Positions 1-9,297 of a stretch of 33,896 bases of DNA are shown here, one piece after another. Every line of letters starts with the position of its first letter. The stretch's first letter is position 1. The position numbers were made by a program, and so were the translations under genes. This DNA comes from Eremomyces bilateralis CBS 781.70 (taxonomy: Eukaryota). Under the pieces are notes generated by a model. It was given only the letters and a program-made list of their open reading frames with translations. It was not told the DNA's origin and did no database searches. The stretch lies in NCBI GenBank assembly GCA_010015585.1, contig ML975163.1. One strand, 5' to 3'.

Positions 1-1050
1 CAATATATGCCAGGCTATCCTCCTTTGGTCATGCCTGTTATGTTGATGAATGGCTCAACTGGTCTCTCCTGAGTCTCATCTGGTGATGCTGGAGCCTCAC
101 AGCGTTACCCGTATGAAGTAGTTGCGCTCGTTTTGTCTTGTATCACGATCTCTCTCACTATCCGCTTCATTGTCGCGTTTCCAGAGTTCCAGAGAATGTC
201 TTGTACCTGTTCTTGGCGATACGATTGGTGCTGGGCGCCCGTCATTCGTTCGGTCGTTTCAGATCAACTTGAAACAACCTTGCCAACGCCTCCGTTCATC
301 CCCTGATCTATCTCTCCCATTCCCATCTGTTGGCTGGCGATTCTCCATTTCCACCCCTGGACATCTGCAGCATCCCTCAAGGTTGGTTTGGCCGTATCCA
401 GTGCTTTTTTCGTGTCGTCGCATCTTTCAAGCGCGCTTCGAGACTTTCGGGCAGCAAGTCGCTACCTCTCCTGCAGTGATGGTCTTCTCCAAACCGGGTG
501 GAGGTGATGTTGTTGGATACCCCAAAGTCGCTTCTCCGCCTCACGATAGATATGGAATAGGATCCTGGTAATACGATCCAACGCTCGTTGCGGAACCAGC
601 CAGTGACAGCGGAGATTGAAGTGCTGTCAGAACATTTTCGCGACGCACAGATCAATAGGACTGTGATTGAATCGCGATCGGCACATATTTCACTTTAGGA
701 ACCTCCGCTGCCCTATTGTAGTTCACCTTCACTTTTCAACTTCTTTTCTTTCTATTCAGCTATTGAGGTGAATCTTCCATTGTGGTCGTTTCCTATTGTC
801 GTTGCCTTATTATCTTTCGTTGATCGAATTGTCAATCCAGTCGGCTTCAGAACGACATTAACACTTTCTCCCATTCTTCATTCAACCCCTCACTCCCTCC
901 ACCATATAAATTCCTCTCAGGAACACTTAAACATCTATCAACTCGATCAACTTAGCAGAAGTCTGCGGTTTTACCAACACTCGACGTGTACAAAACGTGA
1001 TATACCATCACACTCTTCTTCTAATCCAACTTCAATCGAAGCCCGGCAAA

Positions 1051-2136
1051 ATGGGTCTCAACAGCAAGTCACTGGCTGGTCCAGGTTACATCATTCTCAA
1101 TGTCCTCCGTGGCATGAACATCATCGCGCTTCTGTCCGTCGTCACGGCATCCGTGGTGATGCTAATCAAGACATTCGTTGTCTCCAAGGTACTTCGACCG
1201 TGATATTGTTTCGGACTGAAACTAACATGACCAGTTCTTCTTCTTCGACGCAGTCACCCATGTCCTACGCGCTTCGGTTTGCTTGTTCCTCATCGTCTCC
1301 GAGATTGGACTCTTCCGACCGTACTTTGCACGCAACTGGCCGCTCCTCAGCCCGAAACATGGATTTGTCTTCCTGGCTTGCCTCATGATGGCAATCGGCG
1401 TCAACATCCTCGGGAATCTGAATAAGGAGGCAACGAGCCAGGAATCAATTGGTCTTGCTTTCTGGAGGATCGTCATTGGGTCAGGTATTGTCGTCTTGGT
1501 CATTGGGGTCTTCAATTTGGTGGCGGTATGTTTTATCCCTCCAATATCTCCTATACCGCTAACCATGTACAGAGCTACCTCTTCCGTGACAGGGGCCTCA
1601 AGGTCTCCGCCAGACGAATCCGCTCTCACGGCGCAGTCGCACTGAGCAACGCCGAAGCGGAACGCGCACACCTCGAGACCGCCATGATGTCCCCCCACCC
1701 CTCCTCCAAGAACCTCAACATCGCCACCAGCTTCACGGGCTGCGATTCCTCCATCAAATCATACAAGTCCCCCACCCAGAAATCCCCCAGCCCCAAACGC
1801 GCCACCTTTAAGAACTTCTCCGCCGCGAAGACCTTCCGTGCCGCCCGCGCCAGCATTCTCCCTAGCTACCACAGCCGCGTCGAACGGGCCGCGATTGATG
1901 CCGCCGAGGCCAAGTCACCATCCTACCACCCCAGGGAACCAATCTCGCCAGCCAGCTCGCGGTACAGCCGGACGACCAGTGGAAGGGATGCGCACGGTCG
2001 CGAGCGGGAACGGGACATGGAGATCTCCATGCCGCTGAATGTGAACCCGCAGTTTGCGCATCTGCTAAAGCCAGATTTAGCGCATCATCCGAGCCAGCGG
2101 AGAGGCGAGACGACGTCGCCTGGCGGATGGGTCTGA
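1051..2136 (+). CDS. Conserved fungal hypothetical multi-pass membrane protein, ~330 aa; exons 1051-1188, 1235-1525, 1573-2136
   Basis: Two GT..CTAAC..AG introns (1189-1234, 1526-1572) join three ORFs in frame: MGLNSKSLAGPGYIILNVLR...VVSK/FFFFDAVTH...FARNWPLLSP...FWRIVIGSG...NLVA/SYLFRDR. About four hydrophobic segments, then a Ser/Pro-rich tail ending EISMPLNVNPQFAHL...HHPS. Confidence 0.85.
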
Positions 2137-2440
2137 GGGTTACTGGAACGACAATGGGTTTTCTGAGCGTAAATAGGAGTTTGAGGGACACGGCGTTTCA
2201 AGGAGAGTCAAGGAACGGATAACGAAGCGGGATTCGGAGTTTCTGCTCTCTGATCTCTAATGATGCTGCTCATTTGTACAGCCACTCTCCTTTGATGATG
2301 TACACGCCTCCGAGAGGCTTTAGCGGGATGATACCCGGTTCGCTCCTTGGACCAAAATGATAGGTACACAAGTCTATATGATCGTACAGTGCCTCCAACT
2401 TTTGCATGCCCAACGTAACAAAACTCTCTTCATAACCATT

Positions 2441-3243
2441 CTACATCGCCTTCTCCTTCCCCTCCCCTTCCTCCGCAACACTCCCCTCTCCCTCCACCCC
2501 TTCTCCCTCCACCTCATCCGGCACCGCACTATAACTATTCTGCACCGCCCGATCCAGCCGGGCAATCTGCTGCTCGGCCCAGTACTTCCACCCGGTATAC
2601 GCGGTATCCTCGAGGATCTCGCCCACCTCCAGCGGACCCAGCCCGAAGTACGCGCCCGTGTGCAGCGCCTCCTCGTGTGCGACCCGCCGCTCGATGTCTT
2701 CGTCGTGGCGCACGCGGTAGAACTCCTTGCGCGCGATGTCATAGGCTTGATATTTGGGGAGTTTGGGGGGCCCGCGGTGGAGGTAGAGCCAACGCTGGAT
2801 GACGCTGTGGAAGATAACTCGTTAGCTTGTCGAGTCGTAATACGTCTTCCCCGCATACTCGTATCCTCAAAAACATGCTCTACGAATGAATAAAGAACTC
2901 ACCTCTCCCCATCCGTCGGTCGTCCCGCCTGTACCACCCCCGTACTCCAGTCCCACCCCTCATTCCGCCCATCCCCCTCCAATACAACCCTCGGCCTCGC
3001 CAGCTCCCACGGATGATCCCCAAAGAACTCTTCCCGCATCTTGTCCTCCCGGTAGGCGATGGGCAGCGGCATGAACATCTTGCTTTTCTTGCCCGAGCGC
3101 TTCTGCGGGCGAACGAGCGCTTGGGACGGGGGGAAGGCGGACGCGATGGCGAACCAGGGGGGGAGCGATTTGGCGCGGCCGGAGGTGAAGAGGGAGTGGG
3201 CAGTGGGGAGGACAGAGAGGGGGCGGTGGTCGATGCGGCCCAT
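2441..3243 (-). CDS. RSM25: Mitochondrial small-subunit ribosomal protein mS23 (Rsm25); exons 3243-2903 and 2804-2441
   Basis: Family motifs YREDKMREEFFGDHPWELARPRVVLE and, after splicing intron 2902-2805 (GTGAGT..GCTAAC..CAG), DGESVIQRWLYL...AYDIARKEFYRVRHDEDIERRVAHEEALHTGAYFG. Confidence 0.92.
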
Positions 3244-3682
3244 TGTGGTTGATGGAGATGGTGGTGATGGGTTGTGGTGTGTAGGTGGAGGTGAGGTGGA
3301 GGTGGAACTCGCGGAGAGGTTATCGCATTGTCGTATAGGGTTTAAGTGTTGGAATTCAATTGAAAAGATTGATTGGCGAAAGAAAGATAATTGTGTTTGA
3401 AGGGTGGTCGTGAGGTTTGTATAATTGTACGGTATGAAGAGCCGTTTCAATATCAAAGTTGTGGTTGGCTACGGATTTTGCCGGTGCAACTTCTAAGCTG
3501 GAGGAGACAGGAAGAATCTCCACCTCCAATTCTTTAATCCCGATACTTGCGAGTCAACAACTCCTTTGTACTCGATACGTCGCAATTCAAAATTGCCATT
3601 CCCTTTGACTTTCTCCTTGACCCTATAATGCGCATCTCGCCATCCTACCGAGTCCAAGCATGATCACGATGTGTCTGGATTC

Positions 3683-5482
3683 ATGCTCTTCTCCCGTGTC
3701 CTGGATCGATCGACCAGCTCGAACACCGTCGAGATAGCAGTTCGAACCTATCTTCCGTTTCTGTATCCGTCCGCGGGACCCAAACGGTCACGGAAAGCTT
3801 CCTTGGGGGAGGCGGCAAGCGCGTCTCGTCGCAACTATGCGTCGAAGGGAAGACCGGTTGGGGTCCATGACATGGATAACATCTTCATCGAGGCATTGGT
3901 GCGAGCAGGAACGTGCAAAGGACACGGCACATCGATTGGAGGGTGTTCGAGCTCGGTGGTCAGTAGATTTTCATCATACGGGAGCCAGAAAGGCTCGGTG
4001 TTCCGGCAGAGGAGTCAACGAGCCGGATTTCATTCGAAGACGGCGAAACACGAACCTGCGGCAGCGTTGGCGACCATCCCCCGCGAAGACCTCTATAACC
4101 TCGTGGACATATACGGCTCCTACAACGAAAGGGAGTATTCCACCATAATCGATTTCCAGAGCCCATCGGAAACTGCTCCCCCATTCCATCCACGAGCGAC
4201 GGACGGACCTTCAAGACCCCGTCCACCAGGGGACAGTTCGGCCATACAAGAATTCCAAACCCTCATCCGAAATCCTAAAGCCTCCCCCGAAAAACTCTAC
4301 GAAGCATATCGACAAATCCAGTCCCCCGCCCCCCTATTCCTCCCCCGAAAATGGATGGACGAACTCCTCCACCGCCTCTCCCTCGTCAACGAAGAAGACG
4401 AAGGCTCCATGATGCGCTACCTCTCCATCCTCGACGACCTCAAAGCCGCCGACATGCCCATCGCCCGACGCGAATGGAACAACGCCATCCGCTTCGCCGC
4501 CCGCTGCTTCCGTAAGATCTCGGACGCCGAAGTCGAGGGCGCGATCTACCTCTGGAAGGAGATGGAGTCCACCGCCGGCGTGCAATCCGACCACGTCACC
4601 TTTAACATCCTGTTGGACATCGCGGTCAAGAGTCGCAAAATGGGGCTTGCGGACCGGGTGCTGGAGGAGATGCAGCGGCGGAAACTCAAACACGACCGAT
4701 ATTTCCATTTCGCACGGATCTTGTACTTCGGGCAGCGATTCGGCGGAAACGCGATCCGCCACGCCTATCGCCAGTTCATTGACTCTGGCCAGATCGTCGA
4801 CACTGCGGTTCTCAACGTCGTGATCGAGGCGCTCATCACCGCCGGCGAAGGGCCCGCCGCCGATCACGTCTTCGAACGAATGAAAGTCATGACCGCGGAG
4901 CGCATCCAGCCCCACGCGCCGTACCCCAGCAACTGGCAACATCGCCGTGAGCTGACGAAGATGCTGCGCGACTTCTCTGAGATCTACTACACCACCGACA
5001 AAGACGCCTGGCACCAGCTTGAACTCACCACGCCGATCGCCCCGTCCATGGACACGTACTGCATGCTCATCTCATACCACGCGACGATCGGCGACATCGA
5101 CCGGGTGCTGGAGTTGATCTCCGAGATGCACGCCGCGGGGATCGAGCCGGGTGGGCGGCTGCTCATCCACCTGATGAAAGGGTTCCGGCGCCACGGCGGG
5201 ATCCGATACAGTTCGTGGACGAAGCAGCGGTTGGAGGCGCTATGGAAGGGTTTCCTACAGGCGGCGCAGGCGCATCCGACGACGAGAGAGCATCGGAGGG
5301 CGTTGGCGCCGGCGGTGGTGTTGGCGTTTGATTGCTGTGTGGGGAGGCGGAGGGCAGGGGAGGTGTTGAGGGAGGTGGAGGGGCGGTGGGAGGTGGAGGA
5401 GGAGACGGTGGAATATATTCTGAGTCGGATGGGGAGGGGGAAGGGGAAGGAGGATGAGGATGAGGATGATGCAGTAGATTAG
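3683..5482 (+). CDS. Pentatricopeptide-repeat (PPR) protein, probably mitochondrial RNA metabolism; start codon uncertain
   Basis: ~600-aa ORF with several PPR-like 35-aa units: DHVTFNILLDIAVKSRKMGLADRVLEEMQRRKL, DTAVLNVVIEALITAGEGPAADHVFERMK, SMDTYCMLISYHATIGDIDRVLELISEMHAAGIEP. Arg/Ser-rich N-terminus. First in-frame ATG is at 3683. Confidence 0.85.
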   Translation: MLFSRVLDRSTSSNTVEIAVRTYLPFLYPSAGPKRSRKASLGEAASASRRNYASKGRPVGVHDMDNIFIEALVRAGTCKGHGTSIGGCSSSVVSRFSSYGSQKGSVFRQRSQRAGFHSKTAKHEPAAALATIPREDLYNLVDIYGSYNEREYSTIIDFQSPSETAPPFHPRATDGPSRPRPPGDSSAIQEFQTLIRNPKASPEKLYEAYRQIQSPAPLFLPRKWMDELLHRLSLVNEEDEGSMMRYLSILDDLKAADMPIARREWNNAIRFAARCFRKISDAEVEGAIYLWKEMESTAGVQSDHVTFNILLDIAVKSRKMGLADRVLEEMQRRKLKHDRYFHFARILYFGQRFGGNAIRHAYRQFIDSGQIVDTAVLNVVIEALITAGEGPAADHVFERMKVMTAERIQPHAPYPSNWQHRRELTKMLRDFSEIYYTTDKDAWHQLELTTPIAPSMDTYCMLISYHATIGDIDRVLELISEMHAAGIEPGGRLLIHLMKGFRRHGGIRYSSWTKQRLEALWKGFLQAAQAHPTTREHRRALAPAVVLAFDCCVGRRRAGEVLREVEGRWEVEEETVEYILSRMGRGKGKEDEDEDDAVD

Positions 5483-5718
5483 TTGGAGCAAGATATGCTT
5501 CGATGTTGTACATGTATGTCATGCATGTACCATGAGGGTCCGCAATAAGGATCAATTTCATTTCATACTTTGGTTCCATATTTTATAATTTTCGATGATT
5601 ATAATAGAGGGACCACAAGGTGTACATGTGTACCAAGCGTTCCAGCACGGTATATTTACTATCATACTCTCTTGTTACCTTAGGGGGTGGTGGTCATCGA
5701 CGTTGATAAACCCGTGAC

Positions 5719-5760
5719 TTCGCGACAATATCGCGAACGCCACTTCGCGCTGAACGCGTC
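5719..5760. promoter_or_regulatory. Cluster of MCB/SCB-like CGCG elements upstream of the RecQ gene
   Basis: CGCG at 5721, 5732 and 5746 plus ACGCGT at 5754-5759, ~300 bp upstream of the RecQ ATG. Confidence 0.45.
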
Positions 5761-6052
5761 TCCATCGCCTCCCATCCAACTCTTATCTCTAATAGTTCAC
5801 TCGTATCCTCAGCACAGGACAACAATACATGCGATAATGAAGTCGGCGCCTACCGAATAATTCTCGGAACTGTAAAAATTGCAAGAGCCGGGACACGAAC
5901 AGCGGCCATGTTTTCTCATATCCCTTCATCAACAGGCTTCAACAAACCTCATCTTGACGACCGACAGTAACCCTCAATCGCACGAACGACCATCCACCCA
6001 CCGGCAATCCTATACCAGCCTCAGCTATACACCGAAACTCCAATCCTCCACC

Positions 6053-7654
6053 ATGCCCTCCACCGTCCTTAACCCCCTCGCCCCTCCCCGCAAACCCACA
6101 ACCATCCCCCCCCACCAACTCGACTACGTCCTCCGCAAAGTCTTCCACAAGCCCTCCTTCCGCCCCCACCAACGTGAAATCATCCTCGCCGCCCTGGCCT
6201 CCACCGACCTCCTCATCCTCGCTGCCACCTCCTTCGGCAAGTCCCTCTGCTACCAACTCCCCGCTATCCTCCACCACGGCATCACCCTCGTCATCTCCCC
6301 GCTGCTCGCCCTCATGGCGAACCAGGTCTCCGCCCTCCATTCCGCCGGCATCGCCGTCGCCTCGCTGAACAGCACCACCCCGCTCGCCGAGCGCCGCCGC
6401 ATCCTCGACGATCTGAAGAGCGGGCATCCGATTATTAGACTGCTGTACGTCACCCCCGAGACGTGCGTGCAGGACGGGTTTCGGAAGATCATCCGCGTGG
6501 TGCACGCGCAGCACGAGCTCGCGCGGGTGGCGGTCGACGAGGCGCATTGCATCTCGGAGTGGGGCCACGACTTCCGGCCGGCGTACAAGCAGCTGGGTTG
6601 GTTTAAGCGGGAGTTACACGATCCCGAGGTGCCGGTGATGTGTGTGACGGCGACGGCGACGGAGCGGGTGGTGGGGGATATTGTGCGGATGATGGGCCTG
6701 GAGGAGGGGCGGTTGCGGACGTTTCGGTGTGGAGCAGCGCGGGGGAATTTGCATTTTGAGGTGCGGTATAAGAGTGATGAGGGGGATGAGATGGGGAGAG
6801 ATCCGTTTGAGGGGCTGGTGGGGTGGATTAAGGGGATGCAGCGACGGAAGCGGAAGATGGAAGAGGCGGGGTTGTTGAAGTTGAAGGGAAAACCTACGAC
6901 GGCGACTTCCACGACGGGACTAACAGCGGCCCCCTCCGCCACGCGCTCCCACTCCCCCATCTCCGGCATCATCTACACCCTCTCCCGTACCTCCTGCGAA
7001 CTCCTCGCCACCGCCCTCACCGCCGCTGGCATCCCCTCCAAACCCTTCCACGCGGGCCTCCCCGCCCCCACCAAATCCCTCACCCTCACCGCCTGGGCCG
7101 CCTCCTCTCCAGGCTACGATGTCGTCGTCGCTACCACCGCCTTCGGCATGGGAATCGACAAGCACGACGTCCGCTTCGTCGCGCACTGGTGCCTCCCGAA
7201 GAGCTTCGAGGGGTACTATCAGGAGGCGGGACGCGCAGGCAGGGATGGGCGCGCGGCGAGCTGCGTGCTCTGGTATGGGCGGGAGGATCGGGATCGGGTG
7301 GTGGGGTTGTTGGAGCGGGATTGGGCGAGAGCGGAGGGGGTGGATTATCAGGGGAGGGGGATGGGGAGGGGGGGGAGTCGGGAAGGTGAGGGGGAGAGGA
7401 GGACCGCGGCGTGGGGGCGGGCGGAGAGCTTGAGGGCGTTGGTGGGGTGGGCGGAGGGGGTGGGGAAGTGTCGGCATGTGGGGATTCAGGATTATTTTGG
7501 GAATGGGGAGGTGGGAAGATGTGGATTTGCGTGCGATGTTTGTAAGGACGGGGAGGGGGTGCGGAAGCGGATGGAGAGGGGGTTGGCAAGTGAGGAGTGG
7601 TGTTCGACACAGCGAGAGATGGGGGTATATGAGAGTGGGGAGGAGTATTATTGA
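6053..7654 (+). CDS. recQ: Short RecQ-family ATP-dependent DNA helicase (helicase core plus RQC zinc-binding subdomain, no HRDC), ~533 aa, intronless
   Basis: Motif 0 FRPHQREII, Walker A ATSFGKSLCYQLPA, VISPLLALMANQ, LLYVTPE, VDEAHCISEWGHDFRPAY, TATAT, VVATTAFGMGIDKHDVRFVAH, YYQEAGRAGRDG, Zn site CRH...YFG...CGFACDVC. Confidence 0.95.
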   Translation: MPSTVLNPLAPPRKPTTIPPHQLDYVLRKVFHKPSFRPHQREIILAALASTDLLILAATSFGKSLCYQLPAILHHGITLVISPLLALMANQVSALHSAGIAVASLNSTTPLAERRRILDDLKSGHPIIRLLYVTPETCVQDGFRKIIRVVHAQHELARVAVDEAHCISEWGHDFRPAYKQLGWFKRELHDPEVPVMCVTATATERVVGDIVRMMGLEEGRLRTFRCGAARGNLHFEVRYKSDEGDEMGRDPFEGLVGWIKGMQRRKRKMEEAGLLKLKGKPTTATSTTGLTAAPSATRSHSPISGIIYTLSRTSCELLATALTAAGIPSKPFHAGLPAPTKSLTLTAWAASSPGYDVVVATTAFGMGIDKHDVRFVAHWCLPKSFEGYYQEAGRAGRDGRAASCVLWYGREDRDRVVGLLERDWARAEGVDYQGRGMGRGGSREGEGERRTAAWGRAESLRALVGWAEGVGKCRHVGIQDYFGNGEVGRCGFACDVCKDGEGVRKRMERGLASEEWCSTQREMGVYESGEEYY

Positions 7655-7993
7655 TCATTGGCCTTGAGCGATGTTTCTAGCGATTTTGAGGAGTTGAGGT
7701 AGGAATCCGTGGATGGCGTTATGGACCATCGGGATGGATGGGCATCAGGTACGGACAGGGCAAGTACGGAGATGAATGAATGAACGAACAGAACGTAATT
7801 GATTGATTCTATACAAAATATCAGATAGATCGACGTCGAGATATCGATGACATCAAACTCATTAGCTACGAGACGACCGCGTCTCCAGCAGCAGCAATAC
7901 AATGCATTAGACATGACAAAAAAAATCCCACCTCTTTTAACACCACCACCAACCCCGCTCTATATCCCCCTACCCAAATGAAATACTTCCCCC

Positions 7994-8955
7994 TCACGCC
8001 TCCGTCCCCACCCCTTGCTTCTTCCGCCTCTTCCCTTCCCGCTCCCCATCATTCTCCACGGAACTCTCCCCCTCATCCTCCTTCCGCCCCTTCCCACTCG
8101 GCACATTCCCGCTCTTATCCACAATCAGACTCCTCAACCACTCATTCTCCATCTCCAAATGCTTCACCCTCGCCTCCATGATCCCCACGCGCTCAGACAT
8201 CTCCTTCGCCGTCTTCTCGACCTCCTGCTCGCGCTGCTTCTTCTTGATGCGGAAGCGCGCACTAGCGGCGGTGTTACGGCGGCGCTTGTCTTCCTCGGCG
8301 GCGTTGCGCGCGTGATCTTCGATGGTGGAGGTAGAGCCGTGTTGGGAGGTGGTGGTGGGGGAATTGTTGGGTTTGTGGTTGCTGGTGGTGGAGGAGGTGG
8401 GGGAGAGGGCCGGTTGGATCGGGAAGGGAGCGTTGTGGACGGTAGAGGGGTAGGTGGGGTTGGCGCCGGGGTCGGTGACGTTCGGGTAGAGGGCTGGGTT
8501 GAAGTCGGGGAATTGGAATTGCTCTAGATGGGGAGTTAGTGATTGTTGTTGGCTTTAACGCTGTGTCCGAATCCGGGGTGTCGCATCGACGATTGTTCGA
8601 GACAATAGAAGGACGAGTAGACATTAGGAAGATTAGACATACCCTCAAACCCCTCTGTCTTTCCTCCCATCCCTGTCTCCTTTGCCTGGTTCCGATACCC
8701 CGCGCTCGCATTCAACCGTCGCGCGCGCTCCTCCTCCGCAGCATCGTACGGCACCACCTCGTCGGCGCCGCCGCCGGCGTCCCCCCCGATGTTCTGGTCG
8801 AAGTCGACGAACTCGAGGTTGGTGAACAGCGCCAGGTCTTCGGCGAAGTTGCCGTAGTCCTCGTTGGTGGGCAGCTCGATGGGCTGTGGGTCGATGGTGT
8901 TGAGGTTCTGGAGGTACTGCGAGACGTTAGGGGCCGGGCGGCCTTGGAAGGTCAT
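7994..8955 (-). CDS. metR: bZIP sulfur-metabolism regulator MetR/CYS-3, 280 aa; exons 8955-8643 and 8523-7994
   Basis: N-terminal PNVSQYLQNLN...DLALFTNLEFVDFD. After intron 8642-8524 (GTATGT..CTAAC..TAG) comes the basic region AAEEDKRRRNTAASARFRIKKKQREQ and zipper ...LEMENEWLRSLI typical of MetR/CYS-3. Confidence 0.93.
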
Positions 8956-9262
8956 GGTGAGTGATAGGTGAGCCTTGTTCGGAGCCGGATCCGATGGAAT
9001 GTAGATTATGTGTGGATTTTATGCGATGTTGTCGATGGGTTCGGTGATGGGTTGGATTGATGGGAAGCGTGGAAAAATGTGGTGGCTCGCGGTTGAGTCA
9101 CGCTGTCGAATGTCGATTTGTGTGCGAGATCCGATGCTGACGTTGATGAAATTCCAATCCCGACCCGCAACTCGTCTCTTCGCCTCTCGTGAAGCGTTAC
9201 CCAGGTCAAAAATCGATGGTCGGGTGGAATTGACTGCGCGAGGAGTCAAAAGAGCGCAGTTG

Positions 9263-9297
9263 TGGATGGTGGATGGTGGATGGTGGATGGTGGATGG
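9263..9297. repeat. 7-bp tandem repeat (TGGATGG)x5 upstream of metR
   Basis: tggatgg repeated five times, read directly from the sequence. Confidence 0.9.

Noticed and set aside
122..655. ORFs 122-571 (+) and 377-655 (-)
   Set aside because: Non-ATG starts, no recognisable motifs; more likely promoter or long 5' leader of the gene at 1051.
6053..7654. RecQ as the helicase of an AcademH-type transposon linked to the element at 30556
   Set aside because: It is 23 kb away among housekeeping genes, has no flanking TIRs and has canonical cellular RecQ motifs.
5939..7658. Long antisense and alternative-frame ORFs over RecQ (also over PPR, FAR11, VID28)
   Set aside because: Pro/Gly-rich shadows caused by high GC3 and skew; no independent motifs.
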